A program made the translations under genes and the position numbers. From Akkermansiaceae bacterium (GTDB lineage Bacteria; Verrucomicrobiota; Verrucomicrobiia; Verrucomicrobiales; Akkermansiaceae), in assembly GCA_049632765.1 (NCBI GenBank), contig JBNACB010000006.1, positions 53 to 64,052 on the forward strand: DNA of 64,000 bases, read 5' to 3'. The notes beneath the pieces are model-generated. The model saw nothing but the letters and a program-made list of their open reading frames with translations. It ran no database searches and was not told the DNA's origin. Every line of letters begins with the position of its first letter. Position 1 is the first letter of the stretch. Positions 28,568 to 36,056 of the stretch are shown here, piece by piece.

Positions 28568-29326
28568 TCAAGCTTTGATGATGTCCACGCCCATATTCTT
28601 CAAGGATTCCAGTATTCCAGGGTCCGCGTCCTTGGTCGTCACAAGAGTTGTAAGCTGAGAACACTCGGCAAAGAAGAAGGCGGAGCGAGCTCCTATTTTT
28701 GAATCATCTGCGAGCAAACAGACATCCTCGGCAGCGGCAATCACATGCTCTTTAAAAGCTGCCTGGCGCGAGTTGCCCTCACTCACACCCCTCTCAAGAT
28801 CCAGCCCGCTGCCCGAGAAAAACATGCGGTGGATGTTATAGCGATGGAGTGTTCGCTCTGCAACCAGCCCGATCATGGACCTGGAACGACGCTCAAACAA
28901 CCCACCCGTGCAAATCAAATCAATATTTTCAACCCCTGCAAGCGCCTCGACAACGTCCAGGGCATTGGTAATCACAGTGATGTGAAAGCTTGGTAAATAC
29001 TGGGTAATGGTCAGTGCCGTAGAGCTCGCATCAATGAAGATGGTCTCCCCCGGCTGAATTCTCGTGGCCGCCGCCTTGGCAACCGCACTCTTGGCATCGC
29101 GATTGATCAACTGTCTCTCAGTGAGGGAAAGTTCACGAATAACACGCTTGGAAGGGATGGCACCACCATGTGACCTCACCAGAAGGCCTTGCTGCTCAAG
29201 CTGCTCAAAATCCTTGCGGATCGTCTCGTCCGTGACATCAAGCTCCACAGCCATGTCCTTGGTCCTCAGGGATCCGCGATCCTTGAGCGCCTCGAGTATC
29301 TGATTGTGTCTTTCAGCCGCTAACAT
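28568..29326 (-). CDS. DeoR/GlpR-family transcriptional regulator
   Basis: MLAAERHNQIL HTH with VTDETIRKD..LE..GLL.RSHGGA; sensor domain with IFIDASST and VITN. Confidence 0.95.
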   Translation of the reverse strand: MLAAERHNQILEALKDRGSLRTKDMAVELDVTDETIRKDFEQLEQQGLLVRSHGGAIPSKRVIRELSLTERQLINRDAKSAVAKAAATRIQPGETIFIDASSTALTITQYLPSFHITVITNALDVVEALAGVENIDLICTGGLFERRSRSMIGLVAERTLHRYNIHRMFFSGSGLDLERGVSEGNSRQAAFKEHVIAAAEDVCLLADDSKIGARSAFFFAECSQLTTLVTTKDADPGILESLKNMGVDIIKA

Positions 29327-29362
29327 GAGAAATTTGACTAATATTTACCCCAAACCTGAAAA

Positions 29363-29428
29363 TTTGGATTTTTTTTGATTTATTTTTGTTTTCTTTGTTT
29401 TTTCTTTGTTTTTGGTTGACCTGTCAAC
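29363..29428. promoter_or_regulatory. Divergent deoR/BMC control region with phased TTTG(T/A)TTT repeats and a GTTGAC-CT-GTCAAC palindrome
   Basis: Repeat G positions are 29366, 29377, 29388, 29397 and 29408; the palindrome spans 29415-29428. Confidence 0.55.
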
Positions 29429-29467
29429 ACTATCATGCAAAAAACACCCCGTCATCCACAAAAATTT

Positions 29468-30148
29468 ATGTCGTCTCCTCAACAAAACAGCGTCCCCAGA
29501 GCAGTCATCGAACATATGGTACGGGAGCAGGTATACAAGGAAATGGGTCTTTCCCTGCCCGAACAAGCCAAGGCACCCAAGGGCCTCGTGGTGAATATCA
29601 GTGCCCGTCACTGCCATCTGACCCAGGAAGCGGTGGAGGTTCTTTTCGGGCCAGGTCACCAGCTCACACCGCACAAGTGGCTATATCAGGAAGGTGCATA
29701 CGCCGCCAAGGAATCCGTGACACTTATCGGACCTCGCAGCCGGGTCATTTCCAATTTGCGCATCCTCGGTCCTTGCCGTGACCTGAACCAGGTTGAGCTG
29801 GCATTCACCGACGCCATCTCCCTCGGCTTCGACATTCCCATCCGCATGTCGGGTGATGTGGCCGGAACCCCGGGCTGCATGCTGATGGGCCCTAACGGAT
29901 ATTTCAAAATGGACGAGGGCGTCATCCGCGCCCAGCCCCACGTGCACATGCACCCTGACGATGCCGCATTCTACGGAGTGAAGCACCTCGACACCATGAA
30001 AATGAAGGTTCACAGCCCTTGTTCGGTCACCTTCGACAACATCGTGGTCCGCGTTGACGAAAGCTTTAACCTGGAGGCCCACATCGACACCGATGAGGGC
30101 AACGCATGCGGCCTCCGCCCTGACACCTTCTGCGAGCTCATCAAGTGA
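29468..30148 (+). CDS. pduL: Phosphate propanoyltransferase PduL with N-terminal encapsulation-peptide-like helix
   Basis: VNISARHCHLT, LRILGP.R...QVEL..TD...LG...P.R.SG....TPG and AQPHVHM. Start placed at MSSPQQ. Confidence 0.93.
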   Translation: MSSPQQNSVPRAVIEHMVREQVYKEMGLSLPEQAKAPKGLVVNISARHCHLTQEAVEVLFGPGHQLTPHKWLYQEGAYAAKESVTLIGPRSRVISNLRILGPCRDLNQVELAFTDAISLGFDIPIRMSGDVAGTPGCMLMGPNGYFKMDEGVIRAQPHVHMHPDDAAFYGVKHLDTMKMKVHSPCSVTFDNIVVRVDESFNLEAHIDTDEGNACGLRPDTFCELIK

Positions 30149-30203
30149 TGCATCTCGCACAACACCACTAACCCACAACCAACAAACACAACCCAACAAT
30201 ACC

Positions 30204-30473
30204 ATGAGCAAAGCACTCGGAATGATTGAAACCAAAGGCTACGTCGGCAGCGTAGAGGCCGCGGATGCGATGGCCAAAGCCGCCACCGTTGACGTGACCA
30301 AACAAGTACAAATCGGAGCGGGATTTCTTACCATCCTCATCCAAGGAGACGTTGGCAGCGTCAAAGCTGCTGTTGACGCTGGAGCAGAAGCAGCCGGCCG
30401 CGTAGGCGAACTCGTTAGCGCCCACGTAATCGCCCGCCCTGCCCCTGAGCTCCTCAAACAATTTGATCTCTAA
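30204..30473 (+). CDS. BMC shell hexamer (BMC-H) 1
   Basis: ALGMIETKG...EAADAMAK...GDVGSVKAAVDAGA...HVIARP. Confidence 0.95.
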   Translation: MSKALGMIETKGYVGSVEAADAMAKAATVDVTKQVQIGAGFLTILIQGDVGSVKAAVDAGAEAAGRVGELVSAHVIARPAPELLKQFDL

Positions 30474-30517
30474 TCTGACAGGAACTCTTTCAGAACAACT
30501 ACATACCAAATACTACC

Positions 30518-30796
30518 ATGGCTAAAAAAGCACTCGGAATTATTGAAGCAAAAGGGCTTGTCTCCCTGATCGAGGCATCAGACGCCGCCATCAAGGCAGC
30601 AGATGTCACCATGACTGGCTGGGACAAGATCGGCTCAGGCCTCGTCTGTGGATTCTTCACAGGTGACGTTGCCGCTGTCAAAGCTGGTGTTGACGCTGGT
30701 GCGGAAGCAGCTGCTCAGGTTGGCGAAGTCAACTCTGTGCTTGTTATTCCCCGCCCACACGAAGACCTCGGCCAAATGGGGCCTTGGATCGCCTAA
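30518..30796 (+). CDS. BMC shell hexamer (BMC-H) 2
   Basis: ALGIIEAKG...EASDAAIK...KIGSG...GDVAAVKAGVDAG...IPRPH. Confidence 0.95.
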   Translation: MAKKALGIIEAKGLVSLIEASDAAIKAADVTMTGWDKIGSGLVCGFFTGDVAAVKAGVDAGAEAAAQVGEVNSVLVIPRPHEDLGQMGPWIA

Positions 30797-30830
30797 CCAC
30801 AATTAAGGCAATCAACGACTCTCCATCATC

Positions 30831-32006
30831 ATGCACATCCTCATCGCCAACCTCGGATCCACATCCTTCAAATACCGCCTCTATGAGATGGACGGTAAGA
30901 ACGGGAATGTGATCGCCTCGGGCGGCTTTGAGCGTGTCACTGATTATGCAGATGTCATCAATCAGGCCCTGGCTGAACTTATCGACCAGGGTAATCTGAG
31001 TTCAACCAGCGACATTGATGCCGTTGGTTTTAAAACCGTGCTCGGTAAAGATCTGAGCGGTTGTGTGGATGCCGATGATCAAGTCATCAATGCGCTCGAG
31101 GGCTTCCGTGAGGTAGCCCCGGCGCATAATCCTCCATATGCCGAGGGTATTCGCCAATTTCGCCAAATCCTGCCCAATGCACGGCTGGTTGCTCTTTTCG
31201 AGACAGCCTTCTACCAGTGGATTCCCCAAGCAGCCTCGCGCTATGCCCTACCCCAATCCTGGCATGATGCAGGTATTCGCCGCTACGGATTCCACGGTGC
31301 CAGCCACAAATACGTTGCGGAACGCTCAGCCGAACTGATGGGCCGTGAGGACGTGGCTGAATCTGTGAGGGGTCTTTATGTCGATGGCCCAAAGGACATT
31401 TCCGGTGAGCCCTTGCGAGTAGTCTCATTCCATCTTGGCGGCAGCAGTTCTGTCACAGGTATCCGCAATGGTATCGCCATCGGTACAAGTATGGGTTTCT
31501 CGCCGCAGAGCGGGCTACCACAAAACAACCGTGTTGGCGATCTGGACTCTGGCGCCCTCCCCTACGCCACCAAGGCACTGGGCATCTCCATGGAGGAAGC
31601 GGAGCGTCAACTCACCAAGGAATCCGGCCTGCAAGGTGTATCCGGAGTCAGCAATGATCTGCGAGACATCTGCGATGCAGCCGATGACGGCAACAGTAAC
31701 GCACAACTTGCCTTGGACATGCTGGTGAACTCTGCACGTCACTGGGCCTCCAGCTACCTCTTCGATCTGGGAGGACTCGACACCCTCGTCTTCACAGCTG
31801 GGATTGGAGAAAACAACCCATGGCTCAGGACGGCAATCTGCGCCGGACTGGAAAACTTCGGCGTTGAAATTGATGAAGAAAAAAACGCCGCCTGCATGGC
31901 CGATGAGGCAATCATCAGCACTGACAGTTCCAAAGTTAAAATCATGGTGATCCCTGCCAACGAGGAACTCGTTCTCGCACGCGAGGTATACCGCAAAGTA
32001 AGCTGA
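30831..32006 (+). CDS. ackA: Acetate-kinase-family protein (BMC-associated, probable lactate/acyl-phosphate kinase)
   Basis: IANLGSTSFKY, RRYGFHG.SH, HLG, TSMGF.P, FTAGIGEN and IPANEE; several active-site positions differ from canonical AckA. Confidence 0.9.
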   Translation: MHILIANLGSTSFKYRLYEMDGKNGNVIASGGFERVTDYADVINQALAELIDQGNLSSTSDIDAVGFKTVLGKDLSGCVDADDQVINALEGFREVAPAHNPPYAEGIRQFRQILPNARLVALFETAFYQWIPQAASRYALPQSWHDAGIRRYGFHGASHKYVAERSAELMGREDVAESVRGLYVDGPKDISGEPLRVVSFHLGGSSSVTGIRNGIAIGTSMGFSPQSGLPQNNRVGDLDSGALPYATKALGISMEEAERQLTKESGLQGVSGVSNDLRDICDAADDGNSNAQLALDMLVNSARHWASSYLFDLGGLDTLVFTAGIGENNPWLRTAICAGLENFGVEIDEEKNAACMADEAIISTDSSKVKIMVIPANEELVLAREVYRKVS

Positions 32007-32085
32007 TAGCTCCGATCCACCTTACATACTTCAAATTTTCTATCCAACTAACCAAACAAACTAACAAACAAACCAAACAAATACC

Positions 32086-32379
32086 ATGGCTATACAAGCA
32101 ATAGGAATACTCGAAACCCGCGGCCTTGCAGGCCTTGTCAATGGCACTGACGCCATGCTCAAAGCTGCAAATGTAAAGCTCGCAGGCCCCATGCGCCAAA
32201 TCGGAAGCGCTATGTGCAACGTTGTCGTCGAAGGTGACGTCGCTGCCGTCAAAGCTGCTGTCGATGCTGGTGCCTCCGCTGCAGAACAAATTGGTGAAGT
32301 CCTCAGTGCTCACGTCATCGCACGTCCTGACGCCTCCACCTCTGACGTGCTTCCCAAGCGCGCTGCTGCCAAGAAGTAA
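32086..32379 (+). CDS. BMC shell hexamer (BMC-H) 3 with basic C-terminal tail
   Basis: AIGILETRG...TDAMLKAANV...GDVAAVKAAVDAG...HVIARP, then tail KRAAAKK. Confidence 0.95.
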   Translation: MAIQAIGILETRGLAGLVNGTDAMLKAANVKLAGPMRQIGSAMCNVVVEGDVAAVKAAVDAGASAAEQIGEVLSAHVIARPDASTSDVLPKRAAAKK

Positions 32380-32418
32380 GACGTTTTGCTGGCCTGTAAT
32401 GGCCGGCGGAACCGTCTT
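32378..32418 (+). other. Long intra-operonic hairpin without U-tract
   Basis: 17-bp stem (3 G:U pairs, 1 bulge), 32378-32394 / 32401-32418, loop TGTAAT. Confidence 0.6.
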
Positions 32419-32470
32419 GTAACTGGCGCTGATGCAGCGTCTCGTTTCATTCATCATCCAGACCACAACC

Positions 32471-32779
32471 ATGTTTCTTGCAGAAGTTATCGGACAAGTC
32501 GTCGCAACCAAAAAGGACGACAGCATGCAGGGCAAAAAGCTCTTGTTGCTTCGCCCCCAGCTTGTAGATGAAAACAATCCCGCTGCGTTCCGCAATGGCG
32601 TTAATACCATCGTTGCCGTGGACAATGTAGGTGCTGGCGAGGGAGATCTGGTGATGTTTTGTCAGGGCAGCTCTGCTCGTCAGGCTGCCGGCCTCAAAAT
32701 GTTGCCCGTGGATGCCGCCGTTGTCGCCATTATCGACAGCGTGGATGTCCTGGGCAAAAAAATATTCAAGAGTAACTAA
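32471..32779 (+). CDS. BMC shell pentamer (BMC-P, EutN/CcmL) 1
   Basis: MFLAEVIGQVVATKK...KLLL...VAVDNVGAGEGD.V....GSSAR...PVDAAVVAIID. Confidence 0.95.
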   Translation: MFLAEVIGQVVATKKDDSMQGKKLLLLRPQLVDENNPAAFRNGVNTIVAVDNVGAGEGDLVMFCQGSSARQAAGLKMLPVDAAVVAIIDSVDVLGKKIFKSN

Positions 32780-32802
32780 TACCAATCCCAACCCTTCAAG
32801 CA

Positions 32803-34293
32803 GTGAATACCATCGATCAAGATACCCTTCGCAATGTTGTTGAAAACGTTATTCAGCAACTTGGCAATCCGCCAGCTGCAGCATCAAGCGCACCTGCCTC
32901 CACCCCACAACCCGCGGCTACACCATCTACTGATGATTGCGCCAAGGCACCTGGTATTGGCGGCAAGCATGGTGTGTTCGCCCATGTCTGCCAAGCCTCT
33001 GAAGCTGCGCACAATGCCTTCCTCAAGCTCAAGGAGCTCGGTATTGAAGGCCGTAAGCGCGTGATCGAAATCGTCAAGGAAACCTGCATGGCAAATGCGG
33101 AGCCATGGGGCAAGTTCGAGCTTGAAGAAACGAAGATTGGCCGCCTCGATCATAAAATCGAAAAACTCCAAATCGTGGGACACGTTCCCGGAGTTGAGTG
33201 GTTGGCGCCCAACGCAATGAGTGGTGACAACGGCATCACTCTTGAGGAATACGCACCCTTCGGTGTGATTGGCGCCATTCTGCCAGTTACTCACTCTGTT
33301 CCCACGCTGACAGGAAACGTCATCAGCATGGTTGCAGCAGGTAATGCGATTGTGTTCAATCCTCATCCGGGTGGTGCCAAGAGTGCGGTAATGGCAACTC
33401 GGGCCTACAACCAGGCAATCGAACGCGAGCTCGGCATTGACAACCTGATCTGCACGATTGAGGAGCCTACCATTGAAACCTTTGAGAAGATCTGCAAGAA
33501 CCAGCACATTGCCCTCATGGCCATCACCGGTGGCCCGGCTGTTGTTGAGGCTGCTATGAAGTCCGGAAAGCGCTCCGTCTGCGCCGGCCCCGGAAACCCG
33601 GTTGTCGTGGTCGATGAATCCGCCAATCTGGACAACGCGGCCACCAACATCATTGCTGGCGCCGCATTTGATAACAACCTTCTCTGCATTGGCGAAAAAT
33701 CCGTCTTTGTGGTCGATTCAGTCTTCGAGCAATTTATGCAAGCCATGGAGCGGGCTGGAGCCACACGTTTGAATGCGGAACAGGTTGACAAGCTTACCGG
33801 CGTTGCTTTTGACATCACCACGGGAGCCGGTGGCTGTGCCCAGGCGGCTCTCAACCGCGACCTCATTGGCGTTGACGCCTCCATTCTTGCCGGGCACGCA
33901 GGAATCAGCTCCCCTGCCAAGACCGACCTGGTCTTCGGGGAAACTGATGCTGACCATCCCTTTGTGCAAAAGGAGCAGATGATGCCCATGCTGCCCATCG
34001 TTCGTGTATCCGACTTTAAAACAGCCGTTGAGCTCGCCAAGGATGCAGAGCACGGATACCGCCACTCTGCGGTCATCCACTCCACCAACGTGGATCACAT
34101 GACCCACATGGCCAAGGAGATGGACACCACCATTTTTGTCAAAAACGGTTCATCTGTTGCCGGACTCGGCCTGGGAGGTGAGGGATACCTCAGCTACTCC
34201 ATTGCCACCACCACGGGCGAGGGCATTACCACCCCCAAGACATTCACTCGCATCCGCCGCTGCGTCATGGTCGAAAACCTGCGCATCATCTAA
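32803..34293 (+). CDS. CoA-acylating aldehyde dehydrogenase (EutE/PduP family) with N-terminal encapsulation peptide
   Basis: APFGVIGAI.P.T, FNPHP, TGGPAVV, AGPGNP.VVVDE, SFDNN-like AFDNNLLCIGEK, EQMMP.LP, EHGYRHSA and IATTTGEG. The N-terminal helix QDTLRNVVENVIQQL is followed by a P/A linker. Confidence 0.95.
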   Translation: MNTIDQDTLRNVVENVIQQLGNPPAAASSAPASTPQPAATPSTDDCAKAPGIGGKHGVFAHVCQASEAAHNAFLKLKELGIEGRKRVIEIVKETCMANAEPWGKFELEETKIGRLDHKIEKLQIVGHVPGVEWLAPNAMSGDNGITLEEYAPFGVIGAILPVTHSVPTLTGNVISMVAAGNAIVFNPHPGGAKSAVMATRAYNQAIERELGIDNLICTIEEPTIETFEKICKNQHIALMAITGGPAVVEAAMKSGKRSVCAGPGNPVVVVDESANLDNAATNIIAGAAFDNNLLCIGEKSVFVVDSVFEQFMQAMERAGATRLNAEQVDKLTGVAFDITTGAGGCAQAALNRDLIGVDASILAGHAGISSPAKTDLVFGETDADHPFVQKEQMMPMLPIVRVSDFKTAVELAKDAEHGYRHSAVIHSTNVDHMTHMAKEMDTTIFVKNGSSVAGLGLGGEGYLSYSIATTTGEGITTPKTFTRIRRCVMVENLRII

Positions 34294-34316
34294 CGATTCT
34301 ATCATTCACACTCGAA

Positions 34317-34571
34317 ATGCTTCACTGCCAGGTTGTAGGAAATGCAGTTGCCACCGCGAAACACCACTCGCTGGATGGCTTCAAGATGCTGCTTTGCCAA
34401 CAGCTCGATGCAGAGCAAAAGCCCTCGGGGACGCCATTTATCGCCATTGACCTATTCGGCGCCGGTATGCACCAGAAGGTCTTTGTCAGCACGGACGGTA
34501 TAGGGGCACGTGACATTGTTCACGATGAAAACTCCCCTGTCCGCATGTTCATCCAAGGAATCATCGACTAA
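34317..34571 (+). CDS. BMC shell pentamer (BMC-P) 2
   Basis: M..CQVVGNAVAT.K...L.G.K.L...IAID.FGAG....V......AR.......P....I.GIID. Confidence 0.9.
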   Translation: MLHCQVVGNAVATAKHHSLDGFKMLLCQQLDAEQKPSGTPFIAIDLFGAGMHQKVFVSTDGIGARDIVHDENSPVRMFIQGIID

Positions 34572-34576
34572 ATCAT

Positions 34577-34882
34577 ATGCGAATTGGCCATGTCATTGGA
34601 AAAGTTACAACCAACGTCCAGGAGGAAGCCTTCCGGGGTGGCCGCTGGCTGGTTGTCAATCCTGTCGATACCGAACAAATCAATACCTGCATTGAAAAGC
34701 AGCCCAGCCTCACCAAGCAACCATCTCTTGTTATCTACGACAATGTCGGTGCTGGAGTGGGCGATATCGTCGGCTTTGTCGAAGGTGCCGAGGCTACAGC
34801 TCCCTTTGCAGGCCCCACACCGATCGATGCGATCAGCCTAGCCATCTTTGACACCCTCAAATACGTAGCACCAGCTCAATAA
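34577..34882 (+). CDS. BMC shell pentamer (BMC-P) 3
   Basis: MRIGHVIGKVT...G.RWL...VIYDNVGAGVGD.V...EG.EA..PF...TPIDA....I.D. Confidence 0.9.
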   Translation: MRIGHVIGKVTTNVQEEAFRGGRWLVVNPVDTEQINTCIEKQPSLTKQPSLVIYDNVGAGVGDIVGFVEGAEATAPFAGPTPIDAISLAIFDTLKYVAPAQ

Positions 34883-34897
34883 TCACACTCTCAAACC

Positions 34898-36013
34898 ATG
34901 AAGAAAGTTTACACGGCAAAAGACATCAAGGACCTCATTTCACAGGGCGTTTCTCTCGACAGCATTCCAGCCGGAACCATTCTGACGCCATCAGCCAAAG
35001 ATGCCATCAAAGATTTTGGGGGAGGCGCCACCACGCGCCAGGCAGCTGCATCAGGCAAGACTTCAGACCGTTTCCCGCCGCTGCCTCCCGGAGTTCCCAC
35101 TGTTCCGCCCGAGCCAGTGGTTCCCAGCATGGAATATGACTGGGTAGAGGGTGGAGATCCGACTAATCCGGAGGAAATCCAGCGCTTCTTCCACTCCCCC
35201 GAGATCATGAAGCTCAAGGATGAGATGATCCGCACGGCACGTAAAATGTGGCAACGTAACATGGTCGACGGCAATGGCGGTAACATCACCGTTCGTGTCG
35301 GTGATAACCTCGTGCTCTGCACTCCTACTCTCCGCTCCAAGGGGGAGGTCATGGCAGATGAAATCGCTCTTATTGACCTGGATGGCAATCAGAAGGCTGG
35401 CTGGCGCAAGCGCACAAGTGAGGCCAATACTCACCTTGCCATCATGAAGGTTCAGCCCAAGGCAAAGAGTGTTATCCACGGCCATCCACCCTACTCCACG
35501 GCTTTCGCGGTTGCTAATGTAGAGCCGCCGACTTGCCTTTGCTCAGAAGTCGAGGTCTTCACTGGTGCGATCCGCCTGGTGGAATACCACACACCCGGTA
35601 GCAAGGAAATCTGCGATGCCGTGGCAAAAATCGGCAAGGACAATCCTGCTATCCTACTCGCAAACCACGGTGTCATGGCATGGGGCAGTGATGTCGAGGA
35701 TGCTTACTGGAAAATGGAGAATATGGAAACTGCTTGCCAGACCATCTGGGTTGCGAGCCAACTTAATGGCGGCAGGCTTCCAACGATTCCATCAGACAAA
35801 ATGCGTGAGATCTTCGATATCCGCAAATCCATTGGCATGGAGGACCCTCGTGTGGACCTGAAGGAATGCGAGCTATGCCAGAATGATAACTTCCACCCCG
35901 GTGCATATTGTGAAGTCGCCCCTGCCACAAAGGACGTCGGCTCCTATCTCAACCCTGAAGCGGAGAAAATTGTCAAACAGCTCACCGACGAAATCGCCGG
36001 CAAGATCTCCTAA
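34898..36013 (+). CDS. Class II (Zn) aldolase A, fuculose-1-phosphate aldolase family, with N-terminal extension and C-terminal encapsulation-peptide-like helix
   Basis: GNGGNITVR, TPT, RTSE, HGHPP and NHGV (catalytic Glu and Zn-His triad); C-terminal EAEKIVKQLTDEIAGKIS. Confidence 0.92.
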   Translation: MKKVYTAKDIKDLISQGVSLDSIPAGTILTPSAKDAIKDFGGGATTRQAAASGKTSDRFPPLPPGVPTVPPEPVVPSMEYDWVEGGDPTNPEEIQRFFHSPEIMKLKDEMIRTARKMWQRNMVDGNGGNITVRVGDNLVLCTPTLRSKGEVMADEIALIDLDGNQKAGWRKRTSEANTHLAIMKVQPKAKSVIHGHPPYSTAFAVANVEPPTCLCSEVEVFTGAIRLVEYHTPGSKEICDAVAKIGKDNPAILLANHGVMAWGSDVEDAYWKMENMETACQTIWVASQLNGGRLPTIPSDKMREIFDIRKSIGMEDPRVDLKECELCQNDNFHPGAYCEVAPATKDVGSYLNPEAEKIVKQLTDEIAGKIS

Positions 36014-36056
36014 AAAGTGCTCTTTCGGAAGCAAACATCGACCCAGTTAGCAACTC

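Noticed and set aside
32045-32085. AAC-rich short repeats before BMC-H3 as a CRISPR or DeoR site
   Set aside because: Irregular 4-11 nt units with no spacers and no cas genes. Similar A/C-rich tracts precede other highly expressed genes, so they are better explained as unstructured translation leaders.
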